A DNA stretch of 64,000 bases from Octopus vulgaris (lineage: Eukaryota): positions 86,738,001-86,802,000 of the forward strand of contig OX597823.1 of NCBI GenBank assembly GCA_951406725.2, read 5' to 3'. Below the pieces are notes generated by a model. The model did not search any database. It saw nothing but the letters and a program-made list of their open reading frames with translations, and was not told where the DNA came from. Positions 12,740 to 25,720 of this stretch are shown piece after piece. Position 1 is the stretch's first letter; every line of letters begins with the position of its first letter. The translations under genes were made by a program, and so were the position numbers.

Positions 12740-13117
12740 TTTATCTTTTATTTGTTTCTTTCAGTCATCAGACTATAACCATGCTGGGCACTGCCTTTAA
12801 GAATTTTATCCGAACGAATCGACCCTAATAATTACCATTTTAAGCGTGGTCTTCTTTTCTATGTTTCTGTTCTGTCGACCCACTGAGTTATAGAGCCGTA
12901 AACACACCAGCATCGGTGGTCAAGCGGCAGTGGAAGACAAACACAGACACAAAGATACAAATACCCATATACATATATATACACACGATGGGCTCCTTTC
13001 AGTTTACGTCTCCATTCACAAGGTTTTAGTCGGCGCGAGTCTATTTCAGAAGGCACTTGTCTAAGGTGCTACGCATTTGGACTGAAGCCAGAACTATGTA
13101 GTTTGAAAGCAAGCTTC
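12740..13117 (-). mobile_element. SINE family S3
   Basis: Both halves of the S3 consensus with internal (TA) spacer. Confidence 0.7.
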
Positions 13118-14499
13118 TATTTTGTGAACTCTACAATTTCACAAGTATCAATTTCATATTCAAAGAATGTCATGACCTGAATACACCAATACTTTTCACC
13201 CTCTGCTGACTGAACCCTATAGAGTACCGAAAATTCCCACATCAAACCAGAATAAATGTCTTTACCATACCTTTCTATCAATCCCAAAATCCCTAATCAT
13301 CCTGTAGCTCCTTCAAATCTGCACACCTTTTCCCTTTGTCTACATACGCTACCTATAGTTCTCATACTCATTTCTTCACCTCGCAAAAACCAGCCTGCCT
13401 AAGTATTTATAAATCCAGAAAGAACTGAAGTAAAGCATATTTTGATGAAAACGAGGAAGCTGCGTTTTCGAAGTTACTGTCAAATGTTTTTTTGCTCAAC
13501 CGTGCGTGTATTAATATAAAAACAAAAATAGCGTATGCGGAAAATTTATCAGCTATTTCCTTCTGAAATTAACATACTGCTTTTGGTATCGTACATTTTA
13601 TCCGAATTATATTCGCCATGATTATAATCCGACGGCCATAATTATGAATTAATACCAGCTTGGAATAATATAGTCAGTACAGGCATCGTGTGTTTCCGTT
13701 TTATTCTTCTAACTGTTATTGCTATAAAAATATCCCGTACATGCGTCTAAATGCGTAAAAAACAATACACATCTTTAAAAATTTGCAATTTGTAATGTTA
13801 CAATATTTTCTATCATTGTTGTTACGTTCATTGTTGCTGCTATTTTCTTGATTGTAATGTTCACTTATAATTTAAATGGCTCTTTCAAACACATTTATGA
13901 ATGCACGTTATTCTAATGCATTATTATGGAGCGAAGAACAATAACTACGAACACTGGCTATGTATTGCAACATTTTTTTTCTTCCATTTTAATTCATTAT
14001 CTTTTTCTGCTATTTTCTTCTATTATTTTTGGATCTTGATGTGACGTGAAACAATAGCGTGAAATTATGAAAGTGTTATGTTTCATCGATATGGGATTTT
14101 AAATTTCACCTCTAACATACCACACTTTCGTGTTAGAAATAAAAATGGAGAAAGTTTTGAGTGAAACCAAACTGAGCACGTACCGTTTTGCATTGTCCTT
14201 TGCAGACAACGTGTTGGGAATTTTCCAAATATTCAAAATTAAATGAAATATAACTAGCATATCATGGTGTATTGATTAGTTTGGTTTGGGAGGAAGAAAA
14301 TTTGTTTTCGTCAATCCATGTGCGAAAGGAAAAGTAAGAAAAAAATTAAGTGATTAATAAGGAATACGTTTTCACGAATATATACGCACTAACATATTAA
14401 TACATGGTAGCTTATGTAATACTTTCTAACATGATATATGTGTGTCTGTATGTGTACAGATATATATATATATATATACATATACTCACACATATATAT

Positions 14500-14530
<31 letters not shown>

Positions 14531-14589
14531 TAAATACATTTATGTATAATTAAATATGAAAGTGATAATACTATCAAAACACCATCACT

Positions 14590-15118
14590 AGAGGCAAAAT
14601 TAATTGGGAGAGGGGCGGCACAAGACTCTGATGGATGGAGAAAGATAGTGCATGATGGTTGTTCAAGGTTTGATAGGGAGAGAGTGAAGTATGAGAGAAT
14701 TAGAAGGGGCTTAGAAGGGGGAACCTGTGGAAAGTGATAGAGTGTTGCTTTTTATGTGTGTGGTTTGTGGGTGGAGGTGTCTGAGTCGTTCAGGCCTGGT
14801 GAGCCATCAAAATTCTCATAGAAATCGACTCGTGATAAACAATGATGTAGCTATTAAAATTTATACCAGAACATATGTAAAATGTGGAAGGGTGAGCCTT
14901 TCAGTTGGAGGTCTTAAAAGACATGTTAAGAGAGTGCATTTGGTGGCACCTGTTTTTCCTACCAGCCAGCACAGTTCTCTAGTATGTAATAAAATCTGTA
15001 AAAGCTTGGCTGGGTTTAAAGTCACATAAGGGCATCACATGGCAACAATCATGAATTATTGCTGTAAGTTTTCTTGGCAATGGCTTTTCTCGTGTAACGA
15101 GGATGCAGCGGTTAAGTC
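14590..15118 (+). mobile_element. RTE-clade LINE 3' end with C2H2 zinc fingers, degenerate
   Basis: W..AAQDSDGWRK.VH.G helix then CVVCGWRCLSRSGLVSHQNSH and two further C2H2-like motifs (ORF 14727-15029). Confidence 0.6.
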
Positions 15119-15191
15119 ATGTATATATATATATATATACATATGTGTATGTTCATACATATAATACATACAAATATATACATATGTATAT

Positions 15192-15400
15192 AACGGGAAG
15201 GTTTACGAAAATAAACAAAAGACGAAGGCAGGTGGAGTACAAACAAACAAATGTATTAGTATAGCGCTCAGGAATAGAAATAGAAAAAGTCTTTTACGTT
15301 TCGAGCTTACGCTCTTCGACAGAAAGATACACAGAAAAAAAACAAGGAGAGAAACAAGGAGAGAAAAAATGCGTGTAGGAGCTAACGATCTATCATGACG
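15192..15400 (-). mobile_element. Short repeat with minimal hammerhead-like motif (15290-15327)
   Basis: Minus: UCUUU-CUGUCGA-A-GAGC-GUAA-GCUC-GAAA-CG-UA-AAAGA. Confidence 0.65.
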
Positions 15401-15676
15401 TCCTGACTTCGATACTGATATAATATATATATATATATATATATATACAATTCAACCTACCGCGTTCCAATCGACATGTTCAGTGGAGATCGATTGAAAG
15501 AGGTCGTGCTCGAAGATCGATGCCATTCCATAAGGGCAAGAGCCCAGCAAATGGAAAGCATACATGTTAGTGTTGCCCGTCACTTTCGCTTAATGGTTAA
15601 TGTTCAAACGAACCGACCGACAACGTGGAGTTAAGAATTTAACAGGACAAATCTCGCTTCCGCGTCGTTAATTTGA

Positions 15677-15835
15677 ACCAAACTCTAATGTAAGATTTCT
15701 GTTAAGGCCACTTCTACCGTATTGTCTTGATATTGCATCTTCCAATCACCATATTTCTTGTGTCGATTTTCGGCAATCGGCAAGGTGTTTTATTTATCAA
15801 CCAAGTGGAAGTCAAGGCCCGGAGATTCTTACCGC
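15677..15835. repeat. Unclassified dispersed repeat, homologous to 17385-17580
   Basis: Shared accaaactctaatg...ttgatattgcatcttccaatcaccatatttcttgtgtc...gattcttaccg. Confidence 0.7.
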
Positions 15836-15960
15836 CAAACCATTGTTTGTGGAATATTGGCAAACAAGTGGTGAATAACGGAGATATATTATTAAGTGGT
15901 TTGTTAAAACTGTTCACGAAAAAACAGAAATAAAATATGCATGTGTGTGTGTGCATATGC

Positions 15961-15991
<31 letters not shown>

Positions 15992-16566
15992 TGTATGTAT
16001 GTATGTATGTATGTATGTATGTATGTATGTTTGTATGTATGTATTGCAGTGCATACATGCGCACTCGCTCACGTGAATGAATATATATATATTTATAAAT
16101 TGGTCTACAATCTTTTTGTCCTGATAAGATTAAGTTTGCTGTGCTTTTTATATCAGATGTTTATAGCATTTATTTTAGGAATCTTTACCATCGTCGTCGT
16201 CGTCGTCGTCATCATCATGATCATTTCCGACGCGAGCAGCATCGTCATTATCACCAATGTCCCCATTATTGATTGGTATGCGTTAGTCCTGTACATCACC
16301 TTCATAACATCCATTATCCTATGCAGTGAAAAAGAAATCTACTTTCTGTTTCCTTCAAAACATACATGCATACATACATACCTGCATGCATGCACACATA
16401 CGTAGATAAATACATACATACGTACGTACATATATATGTATGTGTGTGCGTGTCTGTATGAATCTACTTAACCCAGCATATGTCTCGTTTCTCTTAAGTG
16501 CATGCGATAATTTCCATTTTATCGTCGTTTATTTATTTTTAAGTATTTCTCTAAAAATATAATAAC

Positions 16567-16640
<74 letters not shown>

Positions 16641-17117
16641 GGTAACAAGCCACATTTGCACCTAAGTTTTCCGTGTTTCAATCGATTCGGAAACTAGGAG
16701 TCTGATCTTAGGAAATGTTTCATTTCTTTACTGCAGTATCTGCTGTATTCTGCAATTTCTGTCTATTGGGAAAAAAAATCTGAAAATTTGGATTTATTTT
16801 TTAACTGGTTTCGTATAGAGTTCAAAAACAAGAAAAATTCCTCGGTGACGAGTAATTGTCTGCTTGCGTACGATTATAAAAATAAGGTATTAGGTGCAGA
16901 CACGAATGTGTGTTAAAGACTTTCGCTCTACCGCCACGGGTGTTATCCAAATGTACGGCTCCTTACGCAAATGTTTTCTACTATAGCACTGGACCGACCA
17001 TGTCCTTTTAGTCCTTAATCCTCCTACTTGTTTTGGCCATATGGCTGCGGTCACTGCTAGTAAATTTGGTAGACAGGAATTGAATAGAAGCCCGTCATAT
17101 ATATATATATATATATC

Positions 17118-17580
17118 ATTATTTCTAATTCTCTCTAAAGAAGACTACGGCAGCGGAACTGGATATTAATAGCTATCCCCAAGCTAACATGGCAGTCCCG
17201 AAATATAGGATGAATGCTGCCGTTGATTAGCTCCAAGAGGCCATCGCCTCTAGCTAGCTATGTGGCACATAAACCTTTGTCCATTATAACCTTCGAACAG
17301 GGGAGGTCAGCAGCTTCCCTTTGCTGGTGTGGCAGCCACAGACTAGTTTCGAGGGGGTTGCCTCTTATCAATGTGGTGTAGCCAACCAAACTCTAATGCA
17401 AGAGTTCTTTTACGACATTCTGTCCCACCTCTACCGTATTGATTTGATATTGCATCTTCCAATCACCATATTTCTTGTGTCACTTTTCAGCAATCGGCAA
17501 GGTGTTTCATTTATCAACGATGTGGAAGCGAAAACGAGGCTGGAAGAATTCTTCAAGTCAACATCCAGAGATTCTTACCG
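17118..17580. repeat. Unclassified dispersed repeat (second copy, different flank)
   Basis: See 15677-15835; TA-flanked. Confidence 0.55.
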
Positions 17581-17648
17581 TCAGATAACATATACATATG
17601 TATGTGTGCGTGTGTATGTGTGTGCCACGTTAGCTTGGCGATAATAAG

Positions 17649-17737
<89 letters not shown>

Positions 17738-17809
17738 TATATAGATAGATAGATATAGATATAGATATATATATATATATATATATATGGGTGTGTGTGA
17801 TTGTGTATA

Positions 17810-19090
17810 GAAGAATATATTAATAAAAGGAATTCCAGCATTGTCTGATTTTCACGTTTTATTTACAATCTTATAATGATAATATAATATAATATAAGAT
17901 AATATAATATAATAGAATAATATGAAATAGTAGAATGTTAAATGTTCATTCTGATTGAACTAGTACTTCATGCATTAAATTCTGCAATCTTCAGGTTCAT
18001 GTAGTAGTGGTGACAGTCATGCTTCACTAATTTTGACTGTAGCGAGATGATTGAATCTGTGCCTTAAAACAGCTGGGCAGCCTCCAGATTGCTAGGGTTT
18101 GCAAACTATATTCTGACCAATCAGTGTGTAGTATCACTCAATTACTTAAGCTGATTGGTTGGTTGAGCTGATTGGTTTAGGCGTCACGCTTAGTTGAACA
18201 TGTCAAGAGTCCTGTATCTTAACCCTGGGCGAGGCAGCAATTGTTGGGCTATTTTTAGAAATGTTGTAAATAGCCTTTGTCAGAGATTTTTATATTTTTA
18301 TATTTCAATTCTCATCATCATCATTGTCAGCACCTTAATTATTGTTGCTAGTGGTGATGGTGGTGGCAATAGAACTTTTAACCCTATATAAGATAATTTT
18401 CCTGCTATCTAGGTATTATTATTATTGCTTATTTAGCTCGGGTTCGAATTTATCAATAAAATTCATTTCTCTGATTTTCCTCTCGATTTCACTTGGGCTG
18501 TGTAATTTGTAGAATGGAAATATTATATATATTTTCCGACCACATGTTGCTAGGTGGTTACTCAAAGGTATCTGACGGACCTCTGGGTCTCTAATCTGTT
18601 GTCGGTGTACACGTGAGCGTTCTGATAGTGCATTTCCCGTCTGACCTACATATATTTCTTCACAATTTGGGCATTTGATGCAGTAAATTAAATTTCTGCT
18701 TTTGCAGTTCATATTCGCGTTTGTGAATATTTTTCCGGTTTTTGTATTTATATATTGGCCGGTATGTATGAATTGGCATGTGCCACAACGGCTATCATTG
18801 CATTTAGATACAGTGAATGTTTGGTCTTTGTTGCTAAGGTCAAATTTTGCCTTTGTTAGTAATTTTTTCAAGTTTTTAGGCTGTCTTTTACTAAGAACCA
18901 TAGCTCGATCCGTGATTATGTCTTTTAATTCATTACTTTGGGCAATGCTTGGTAGGTTTGCTTTGGCAATGTTGAAGATATTCTGGTGACATGGGTTGTG
19001 TGTCACTATGACTTGTTCTTGTTTTCCTCTTCATTGGGTTGTCCTAAGTTATTGTATGGGTATTTTTATAGCCCGCTGTATGCCATTTTC
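17810..19090 (-). mobile_element. Penelope-like element 3' part: linker + GIY-YIG endonuclease + 3'UTR
   Basis: ORF 18422-19006: KCNDSRCGTC..NCKSRNLIYCIKCPNC..YVGQTG..R..H..RE..FI..F.PELN; decayed HHR at 17956-17999. Confidence 0.88.
18422..19006 (-). pseudogene. PLE GIY-YIG endonuclease domain (5'-truncated ORF)
   Basis: IY..YVGQT GIY-YIG motif with CxxC insertion, conserved R, H, E, N residues. Confidence 0.85.
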
Positions 19091-19106
19091 TATAAGTAGA
19101 GATGGG

Positions 19107-19194
<88 letters not shown>

Positions 19195-19213
19195 TTATAT
19201 ATATATGCATGTA

Positions 19214-19288
<75 letters not shown>

Positions 19289-19670
19289 TATACGATGGGC
19301 TTCTTTCAGTTTCAATCTACCAAATCTATTCACAAGGCTTCGATCGACCCGAGGCTATAGTAGAAGACATTTTTCCAATGTGTCGCGTGGTGGGACTAAA
19401 CCCGGAACCATGTGGTTCATATGATTCAAAATGGCGTACCCTTGTCATACATTCACTCATGCTGATTCTGCCTGAGAAATTATGTTGAGGGTTCAAGTGT
19501 TTGTGGAATACACAGCCACTCAAACACTATTTCATGAGCATCTCATTCTGTCCCTCGATGAACTGCATCCTCGTCGTCGAACGACGGGGATCCATCAGAC
19601 ACTCTCTTCGTAGTGCCTTACTGCTTATCGTGTAGATGTATATACTGGAAAAATGTAACTTGTGACACAG

Positions 19671-19718
<48 letters not shown>

Positions 19719-19879
19719 ACACACACACAGACATACACACTCACACACACAAACACACATAAGTATACATGTTGATAAGTAGATTGATCAACAGACAGAT
19801 CGATCGATCGATAGATAGATAGATAGATAGATAGACTCTATCTGTTCATCCATCCATGTATGTATTTATATGTATGTGT

Positions 19880-20100
19880 TTGTCTATGTGTGTTTGTGTG
19901 CCCCCCCCCCCCCCGCCCTCGTTTGACAACCGATGGTGGCGTGTTTGTTTCCCCGTAACTTGGCGGTTAGGCAAAAATAAACCCGATTGAATGAATACTA
20001 GGCTTGCAAACAATAAGTCATGGGGTCGATTTCTTTGACTAAAACCCTTTAAGGCGGTGCTCCAGCATGGCCGCATTCGGATGACCGAAACAAGTAAAAG
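19880..20100 (+). mobile_element. SINE family S3, 3' half
   Basis: ttgacaaccgatggtggcgtgttt...aaggcggtgctccagcatggccgca...gaaacaagtaaaag. Confidence 0.75.
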
Positions 20101-20262
20101 AATAGTTATTTCTATAAACATCTTGAAATATCTTACTGAACTCTAACCTCTGTTGATTCAATATCCATACCTTGATTATTCTGAAACACGTGGTTGGATA
20201 CTAAATTAAACTCGGTTTCAGTGAATGAGAGTAAATACATGTGTTATTATTACTTATTCAAA

Positions 20263-20462
20263 TAAGGCAGCGAAGCGGCAGAATCGTTAGCAAACCTGCA
20301 CAAAAATGCTTAAGGTCAATTCGTCCGCCTTCACGTTCTGACACATCGCTGTCGATTTTGCCATTCAACTTTTAGGAGTACATGAAATAAGTGACAGTTA
20401 AGAAATGGAGTCGGTATAATTGACTAATCCCTCCCCTAAGATTCCAGGCCTGGTTCCTATAG
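20263..20462 (+). mobile_element. SINE family S1
   Basis: aaggcagcgaagcggcagaatcgttagc head, diverged core and tail. Confidence 0.65.
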
Positions 20463-20745
20463 TTGTTTGTTCCTTCTCGAGCCACGTCTGTCTCATAAGG
20501 GCCTGTTTCCTTGGCGTATAGATTCCCTACATAGACAGGACGTCGGCCCGTCGCTGCAAGATGCAGGAGGAAAGAGTGAGAGAAAGTTGTGATGAAAGAG
20601 TCAGCAGAAGTTCGCCATTACCTTCTGCCGGAGCTGCGTGGAGCTTAGGTGTTTTGCTCATAAACACACACATCGCCCGGTCTTAGATTCGAACCCGCGA
20701 TCCTTCCACCGCGAGTCCGCTGCTCTAACCACTAGCCCATGTGCC
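20463..20745 (-). mobile_element. SINE family S2
   Basis: Reverse complement of S2 head (ccgcgagtccgctgctctaaccact) and core. Confidence 0.75.
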
Positions 20746-22567
20746 TATATAGTAAAAAGGGTTATTACATATTGAATTTATCATTATTACTGAGACAAGA
20801 TCGAATCCGTTTCTATGATAATTTAAAGGTTGAGTTATGATTACATCAGATTCTTTGACCAATCATCATTGAGGTCTGGTTCCACCAATTTCAGTATCGA
20901 TTTGCCATAAAAATACATTTACATTCTTTCTGTCGATCAATCAAAGGTTGATGGCGTTTGTGTTGAAGCTTGTTTTCATCATCTGTCATTAACCTAACTC
21001 CACCTTTTGAGAAAACTGGAAAACGCCCAAGGAAGCAAAAACAGATGAGTAAAACCTTTAAATAAATAACGCACAAATAAGACAGCATAAAGGAACCACA
21101 ATATCTGGTGGGAATGGCGCAAAGAAGACTTACAGAAAAATAAGTGAGAAATGTAGAGCAGAAAAAAGGCTTTTGATAATATAGTGCAGTAGAAATTTGT
21201 CCGATTTAAATATTTTAATTCTGAGTCTAGAGAAAAATTACAAGCATCCATCTAGTCTCAGTAAATATGAAGCAAAAATGAAGACGAAGAATCGTGTTTA
21301 CAATTCCGGCATATTTATTGTGCAATATGGCTAAATCTTTTGTATTTATTCGTACAGAGAACAGAGAGGACAGGAAAGGGAAATGCGACGAGGAAGGAAA
21401 GGGGTTTTAAAGAGATGAAACGAAAAACCGAAGTTGAGCGTTACATAGAATATAACGCTTAGCAAATCTATTATATCTATATTCTAAGAATTTATAAAAG
21501 AAGCATTCTGCATCATTTGCTACAATAATAGTTACAACACCAAATACGACTGCAAAAGCCACGCGAATAGAAATCGTAGTTCAAATTTCAATAGTAACTC
21601 AGATATCAATTAACGAAACTTTCTTAGTGCATAACATTTTGTAACGCGCCATATGAGTTCCTATCGTGAATATTAATTACTTTTGTTGCATCAGCATCTG
21701 CGTCTGCACGGGAATGTGACATGCGTACATCTTCGGCATTGTTCCCTTCTGAAGAGTTTAACAAAACCATTGATTGATTGTGTGCATATGAATGGAAGTA
21801 CATTATTGCCGTATCAATAGAAATAGATGGCAGAATAGTTTACCACTGATTGCTTCCAATAAATCTCATTATTTGTCAGTCAAGCGATGAGAAAATATAT
21901 TCAGTTTATCAAAAGTAAACAATACAAAACCTACTCATCGTTGCAATATCTCAGCAAAAGCAATACTGAATAGAATGTAGGTAATTTGTTTGTGATTGAC
22001 TATCGTTTCTCTATCAATTAAAAAGATTGCCATTACATTCTTTGATACAATGAAACGTTTGTAATAGTTTTGTTTACTTTTCTATTCTTTATGATACTTT
22101 AATTAACTTTCAACGATATCACAACACTGAAACCAGATATTTCCATTTTGTGTATGTACAGATGACGATTTCCGTTGTTAGATATTAACTGGTTTTATCT
22201 ATACGCAAGCACAAACATATGGATTTGAAATTCTTAAAGATAAATTTGAAAACAAACTCTTCCAATATATTTTCCGTTTCCTTCCAAACACTGTACCAAT
22301 AAAATAAATATTTTGTTACCAATTTAGCTACAATAAAAAAAATGATATCATTAAAATATATCAAAGAGGTTCTGATATAATTTAATATGTTATATTGTAT
22401 AAATATTTGTTGCAAAATATGAAAGTTAACAAACATGCGTGGCTCTGTGGTAAGATGTGTGCTTCTGAATCACATGGTCCTGAGTTCAGTCCCACTGTGT
22501 GGCAGCTTGCATGTCTACTACTATAGGTTCGGGACAACCAAAGCTTGGAAACTGAAAGAAGCCCGTC

Positions 22568-23005
22568 TCTCACGTGACTGTTGGCCGACTGCTAGCCCTT
22601 TTGCGTTTGACAACAGTCACCGTCACATCGATATTTTCCCCTGCCGTAAGGCTTAATTCCCAACATGCTGAATTCAATTCGTCTCCAGTCGGAAGACGCC
22701 TGTTCTTATGTCCTGTTATTATTATTATTGTTTTTTTTATTTGTATTATTTTTGTATTTATATTTGTGTAACATCGTTCGTTTTTCCGTCCTCTTCTCGT
22801 ATACATTCGGTGCTTTTTTCCAAGGAATCTAGTGCTCTTAGCTTAGTTTTTCCTTGGGTCTTGCCAGATTGGAGCAATCTCAAGATTAATCAGCCGAAAT
22901 TGTGAGGATGATCCGGTTCTTGACTGAAGATTAAAGGCTTGGAATGACCTGTCCATGTTTTTTGTATCGTCTATCTGGATGTTTTGCGTTCTTGTCCCAT
23001 TTTGT
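22568..23005. repeat. Unclassified TA-embedded repeat, homologous to 52695-53090
   Basis: Shared aaggaatcta.tgctcttagcttagtttt...ccagattggagcaatctcaag...ggatgttttgcgttcttgtcccattttgtat. Confidence 0.75.
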
Positions 23006-23052
23006 ATGTATATATATATATGCATGTGTATATATATGTGTGTGTATATATG

Positions 23053-23083
<31 letters not shown>

Positions 23084-23199
23084 ATTATATATGTGCGTGT
23101 GTGTGTGTATGTGAAAAATGCTCAGGATGTTATTAAAACATTTATATCTTCATATCTTCGTCGATCTTCATCTAAACTTAAAAAATACGGCCTTGTATT

Positions 23200-24362
23200 T
23201 CCCATACCACAAACATTCAACTTATCTGAAATACATCAGTGTCTTTAGTAATCCCCATAACAATATAACAAAGAAAAACTTGGTTAAAAACATATCCCTT
23301 AGAACTTCTAAATTATCAGCCAAGGAAGCCGTTTTCAATAAAAACGCTGTCTTTTATAATTCAGCTTTACATAAAGCAGGATAAAAGGAACAGATTAAAT
23401 ATTATAAAAATCTTCGCCCAACACTAATAACAAAAACGATAGTAATAACAATAATAACAGTAATCGACACAATAACAACAAAACTACTTATCTTGCTCTT
23501 ACCATTGTCAATATTCCAAATGATACCCAGTTCCATCAAAGTAACCTTTCTTCTTAACTTCGTAATACTAAAAATAATCAGTCAATATAAGCTACAATAA
23601 TAATACTAGATTTTTATGATCCTTTCGGTTTGAACGGCAGTTTTTCTAGCGGTGTCATATGAAACTGTCACCCATAATTATGACCCTAGTATCGATCTAT
23701 TTTTCAATCTGTTTTAGGGTTAGGGTTAGGGGTGGGGGGAAGGGTATCTTTTTTTCTTCAGAAATGTAAATAAACCCAATCTGTTTCTTAAACATTCATA
23801 CGGCACTGAATGTTTTCACCTCAATAGATGTCATTGATTGGTTGAAATTGCAGAAACTGAAGAAAAAACAACCACAGATATCTTACAAACTATAGAATTT
23901 TCTTAATAAATCCAAGAGAAAAAGATGTTTTATAAACACATTCTGCTAGTATACGAAGTTTAAAAGTGTTTAGTTACGTGAAAATTATTTTAAAAAACTG
24001 CCGTTCAAACCGAAAAGATCTGATTTATTCCATACGGTAAAGAAGTACAAAGTAATCTTCCCATCTTATTTCGTAAAGGTATAGAAAGAAACTTTCCTAT
24101 TAATTCAAAGTACCACTCGATTTTCAACATACACCCTTTTAGAGTAGGTTCTTCTAACACCAACAACGTCTCACAAATTATATCTTCACATAACAGCCGT
24201 ATCCTAAGAGGTTACAATTTCTCTCATAATAATTCTAGTAACCTTATTAACATTAACAATAATATTAACGATAATTTCTCCTTAAATGATAACATCAATG
24301 TAACCAGCATTTGCAATTGTGGCCCTGATAAAACCTGTATCCTGAATGGAAATTGCCGTATT
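23200..24362 (+). mobile_element. Penelope-like element fragment (RT thumb + linker), interrupted by a MITE
   Basis: SNPHNNITKKNLVKNISLRTSKLSAKEAVFNKNAVFYNSALHKAG; after the MITE IPYGKEVQSN..NFP..KYHSIFN..IISSHN and CNCGPDKTCILNGNC. Confidence 0.75.
23617..24021. mobile_element. MITE with ~29-bp TIRs, copy 1
   Basis: gatcctttcggtttgaacggcagttttt ... aaaaactgccgttcaaaccgaaaagatc; internal ttagggttaggg; second copy at 32636. Confidence 0.9.
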
Positions 24363-24722
24363 ATAAAGTAGATATTACTTTATAAATTACTTTATTACTA
24401 TTATTTTAAAATAAATAATATTTATTACATATCTTTCATTTATTAGAACAAATTTGCTCTAATAAAAGAAAAATATGTACTGAGCATCATTTATAACTTT
24501 AGGTTCCTTAATATATATATGTTTGTCACATATTTCAACTGTTAAAGGCAAATTCATTGCATTTACTGTGGAGAAAAAAATTCTCACTCATGGCAAAAAC
24601 AAAAATGTAAAAACACCATATTTGACCTGAGCTCCCACCTGTCATATTCTCAGACATCTATGTCTCTAGATTCTTGCCATAATCATTGAGAAATATAGAA
24701 ATGCGTAATGTATATACATATA

Positions 24723-24759
<37 letters not shown>

Positions 24760-24760
<1 letters not shown>

Positions 24761-24972
24761 CTCTTTTACTTGTTTCAGTCATTTGACTGCGGCCATGCTG
24801 GAGCACCGCCTTTAATCGAGCAACTCGACCCCGGGACTTATTCTTCTGTAAGCCCAGTACTTATTCTATCGGTCACTTTTTGCCGAACCGCTAAGTAACG
24901 GGGACATAAACACACCAGCATCGGTTGTCAAACAATGCTAGGGGGACACACACAGACACACAAACACACACA

Positions 24973-25020
<48 letters not shown>

Positions 25021-25183
25021 TACGACGGGCTTCTTTCAGTTTCCGTCTACCAAATCCACTCACAAGGCTTTGGTCGGCCCGAGGCTATAGTAGAAGACAC
25101 TTGCCAAAGGTGCCACGCTGTGGGACTGAACCCGGAACCATGTGGTTGATAAACAAGCTATTTACCACACAGCCACTCCTGCA
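24760..25183 (-). mobile_element. SINE family S3, full length, young
   Basis: Complete head (ggagtggctgtgtggta..ggttccgggttcagtccc), internal (TA)/(CA) microsatellite and tail. Confidence 0.85.
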
Positions 25184-25191
25184 CACTATAT

Positions 25192-25267
<76 letters not shown>

Positions 25268-25720
25268 AAAATCAAATTGCGATAAAATAAAAATAATTAT
25301 AATCACTGGTATTTCCAACACAAGCCATATATTTTCCATATATCAGTACATTAAGGCGATATATGTGCTAGGAACACAGAAGCTGGATAAATTTAGTGAA
25401 ATGAAGATAAAAACGTTTACTAACTCGGTTATTCTCAGACTGCAGTTTCTTTCTTTTCAGCAATAAAGATAATTTATTTGCCCAGGGAGAATTCGTCAGT
25501 GAGAGCCCTGTTTTTCTGAGATCCTAACTCACCAGAAGCATGTGCTTCTAATGATTTACTCTCTCTAACTAATCAGATCACTGCGCAGACTCCGAACGTC
25601 CCGACAAAACTAGGGATTTCTGGTATATCGTCTAGCGCTCAAAATTTATCGAGAAATATGTAAACAAATCAAATTGCGATAAAATAAAAATAATTATAAT
25701 CGCTGGTATTTCCAACACAA

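Noticed and set aside
22921-22950. CTGAAGA (and CTGAGGA at 52961) as hammerhead cores
   Set aside because: No properly placed GAAA, stem I or cleavage triplet
23714-23732. Interstitial telomere
   Set aside because: Only 2-3 TTAGGG units and part of the MITE consensus
24582-24693. Hammerhead downstream of the PLE fragment (minus: UCUCA-AUGAUUA-UGGCAA..UUGCCA-UGAG-UGAGA)
   Set aside because: Stems I and II are plausible, but the core has two changes and GAAA/stem III are absent
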